Shown: in pieces, positions 63,409 to 64,000 of the stretch
Position numbering within the stretch: the stretch's first letter is position 1
Layout: the number at the start of each line of letters is the position of its first letter
NCBI GenBank assembly: GCA_943704415.1
Contig: CALSCO010000253.1
Location: forward strand, 1 to 64,000
DNA length: 64,000 bases
From: Parvularia atlantis
Lineage: Eukaryota
Reading direction: 5' to 3'
Notes under the pieces: generated by a model
The model's database searches: none
What the model was told of the DNA's origin: nothing
What the model saw: only the letters and a program-made list of their open reading frames with translations
Made by a program: the position numbers and the translations under genes

Positions 63409-64000
63409 TCAGTCGACCTCCATGTTGGCGTCGCCGTTGGCCGTGGCGGCCGGCGCGGGCTCGGGTGCGGGCGTGGGCGTGGGCGTGGGCGCCTCGGTCT
63501 TGGGTGGCTGCGGCTGCGGCTCACTCTTGGGTGGCTCCTCGGCCTTGGGCTTGGGCTTGGGCTTGTTGAGGATGGGCGAGCAGAACGAGACGAGGGCCTG
63601 AGGCGGATGCGCGCGCGGGTGAGCACACTCCCGTGGTCAGCGTGAGGGGCGCACCTCACGCTCGGCATAGATGGCCTGCGTGCGCAAGACGGGCGTGTCC
63701 CAGAGCTTGAGCTTGTCCTGCTGGGCGGCGAGGTCGTTGAGCCACTTGAGCTTCTCGTTGCACTTGTCGGTGACCTTGGCCTGCGAGCGCACCCATGGGT
63801 CAGTGATGTGTGCGGCGGGGGAGGTGGAAGCAGGAGCAAAGAGGCGTACCCGGTCCTCCTCGTTCAAGTGCTCAAACTTCTCCTCCCACGACTGCGCCGC
63901 GCTGAGCAGCTGGTTGGCCGTGGTGCGGAGGTCGGTGATCGCCTGTGCTCGCGTGGGGTCAGTGCACATAAGCGCGTATCCCACGCGGACGCCGACCTTC
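63409..64000 (-). CDS. Hsp110/HSPA4/Sse1 family chaperone, 3' end only
   Basis: KFEHLNEEDRAKV...LKWL...QQDKLKLWDTPVL...CSPILNKPKPKP...NMEVD*, typical of the Hsp110 C-terminus. Truncated by the window. Confidence 0.85.

Overview
Eukaryotic nuclear DNA: very GC-rich, extremely gene-dense and intron-rich, with short introns of roughly 35-70 nt (GTGCG donor, CTGAC/CTCAC branch point, CAG acceptor). The six-frame ORF track is therefore mostly exon fragments and shadow ORFs. I reconstructed about 30 protein-coding genes by hand. Most are housekeeping genes: ARL2, MED27, CUL2, LYRM5, BAG6, mt EF-Tu, FAM50, GATAD1-like, ArgRS, PLEKHH/MAX-1-like, TAF5, SEC14-GOLD, S10 carboxypeptidase, CIA30, VPS18, mtSSB, EDEM, ABHD8-like, CstF-64, RPL5, RPL14, mt ThrRS and the 3' end of Hsp110. 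RPL5 also hosts an intronic box C/D snoRNA of the snR60/U80 type. Gene content suggests a unicellular opisthokont or close relative (inference only). Main unusual items: (1) a lower-GC, nearly intronless SAMD9-like STAND NTPase-TPR-OB gene with no N-terminal effector; (2) a eukaryotic homologue of the archaeal Tes/MJ0619 radical-SAM family that lacks the CxxxCxxC motif; (3) a transmembrane septin fused to filamin-type Ig repeats; (4) a TPR + aldo-keto reductase + DUF885 triple fusion; (5) a nuclear ccmA (cytochrome c maturation System I); (6) a probable CUG-initiated mitochondrial isoform of ArgRS; (7) divergent start codons only 11-89 nt apart, frequent GC-AG introns and a recurrent TGTACA at gene 3' ends. 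Family assignments come from motif recognition from memory, not from database searches. Gene coordinates run from start to stop codon including introns, and exon boundaries are manual.
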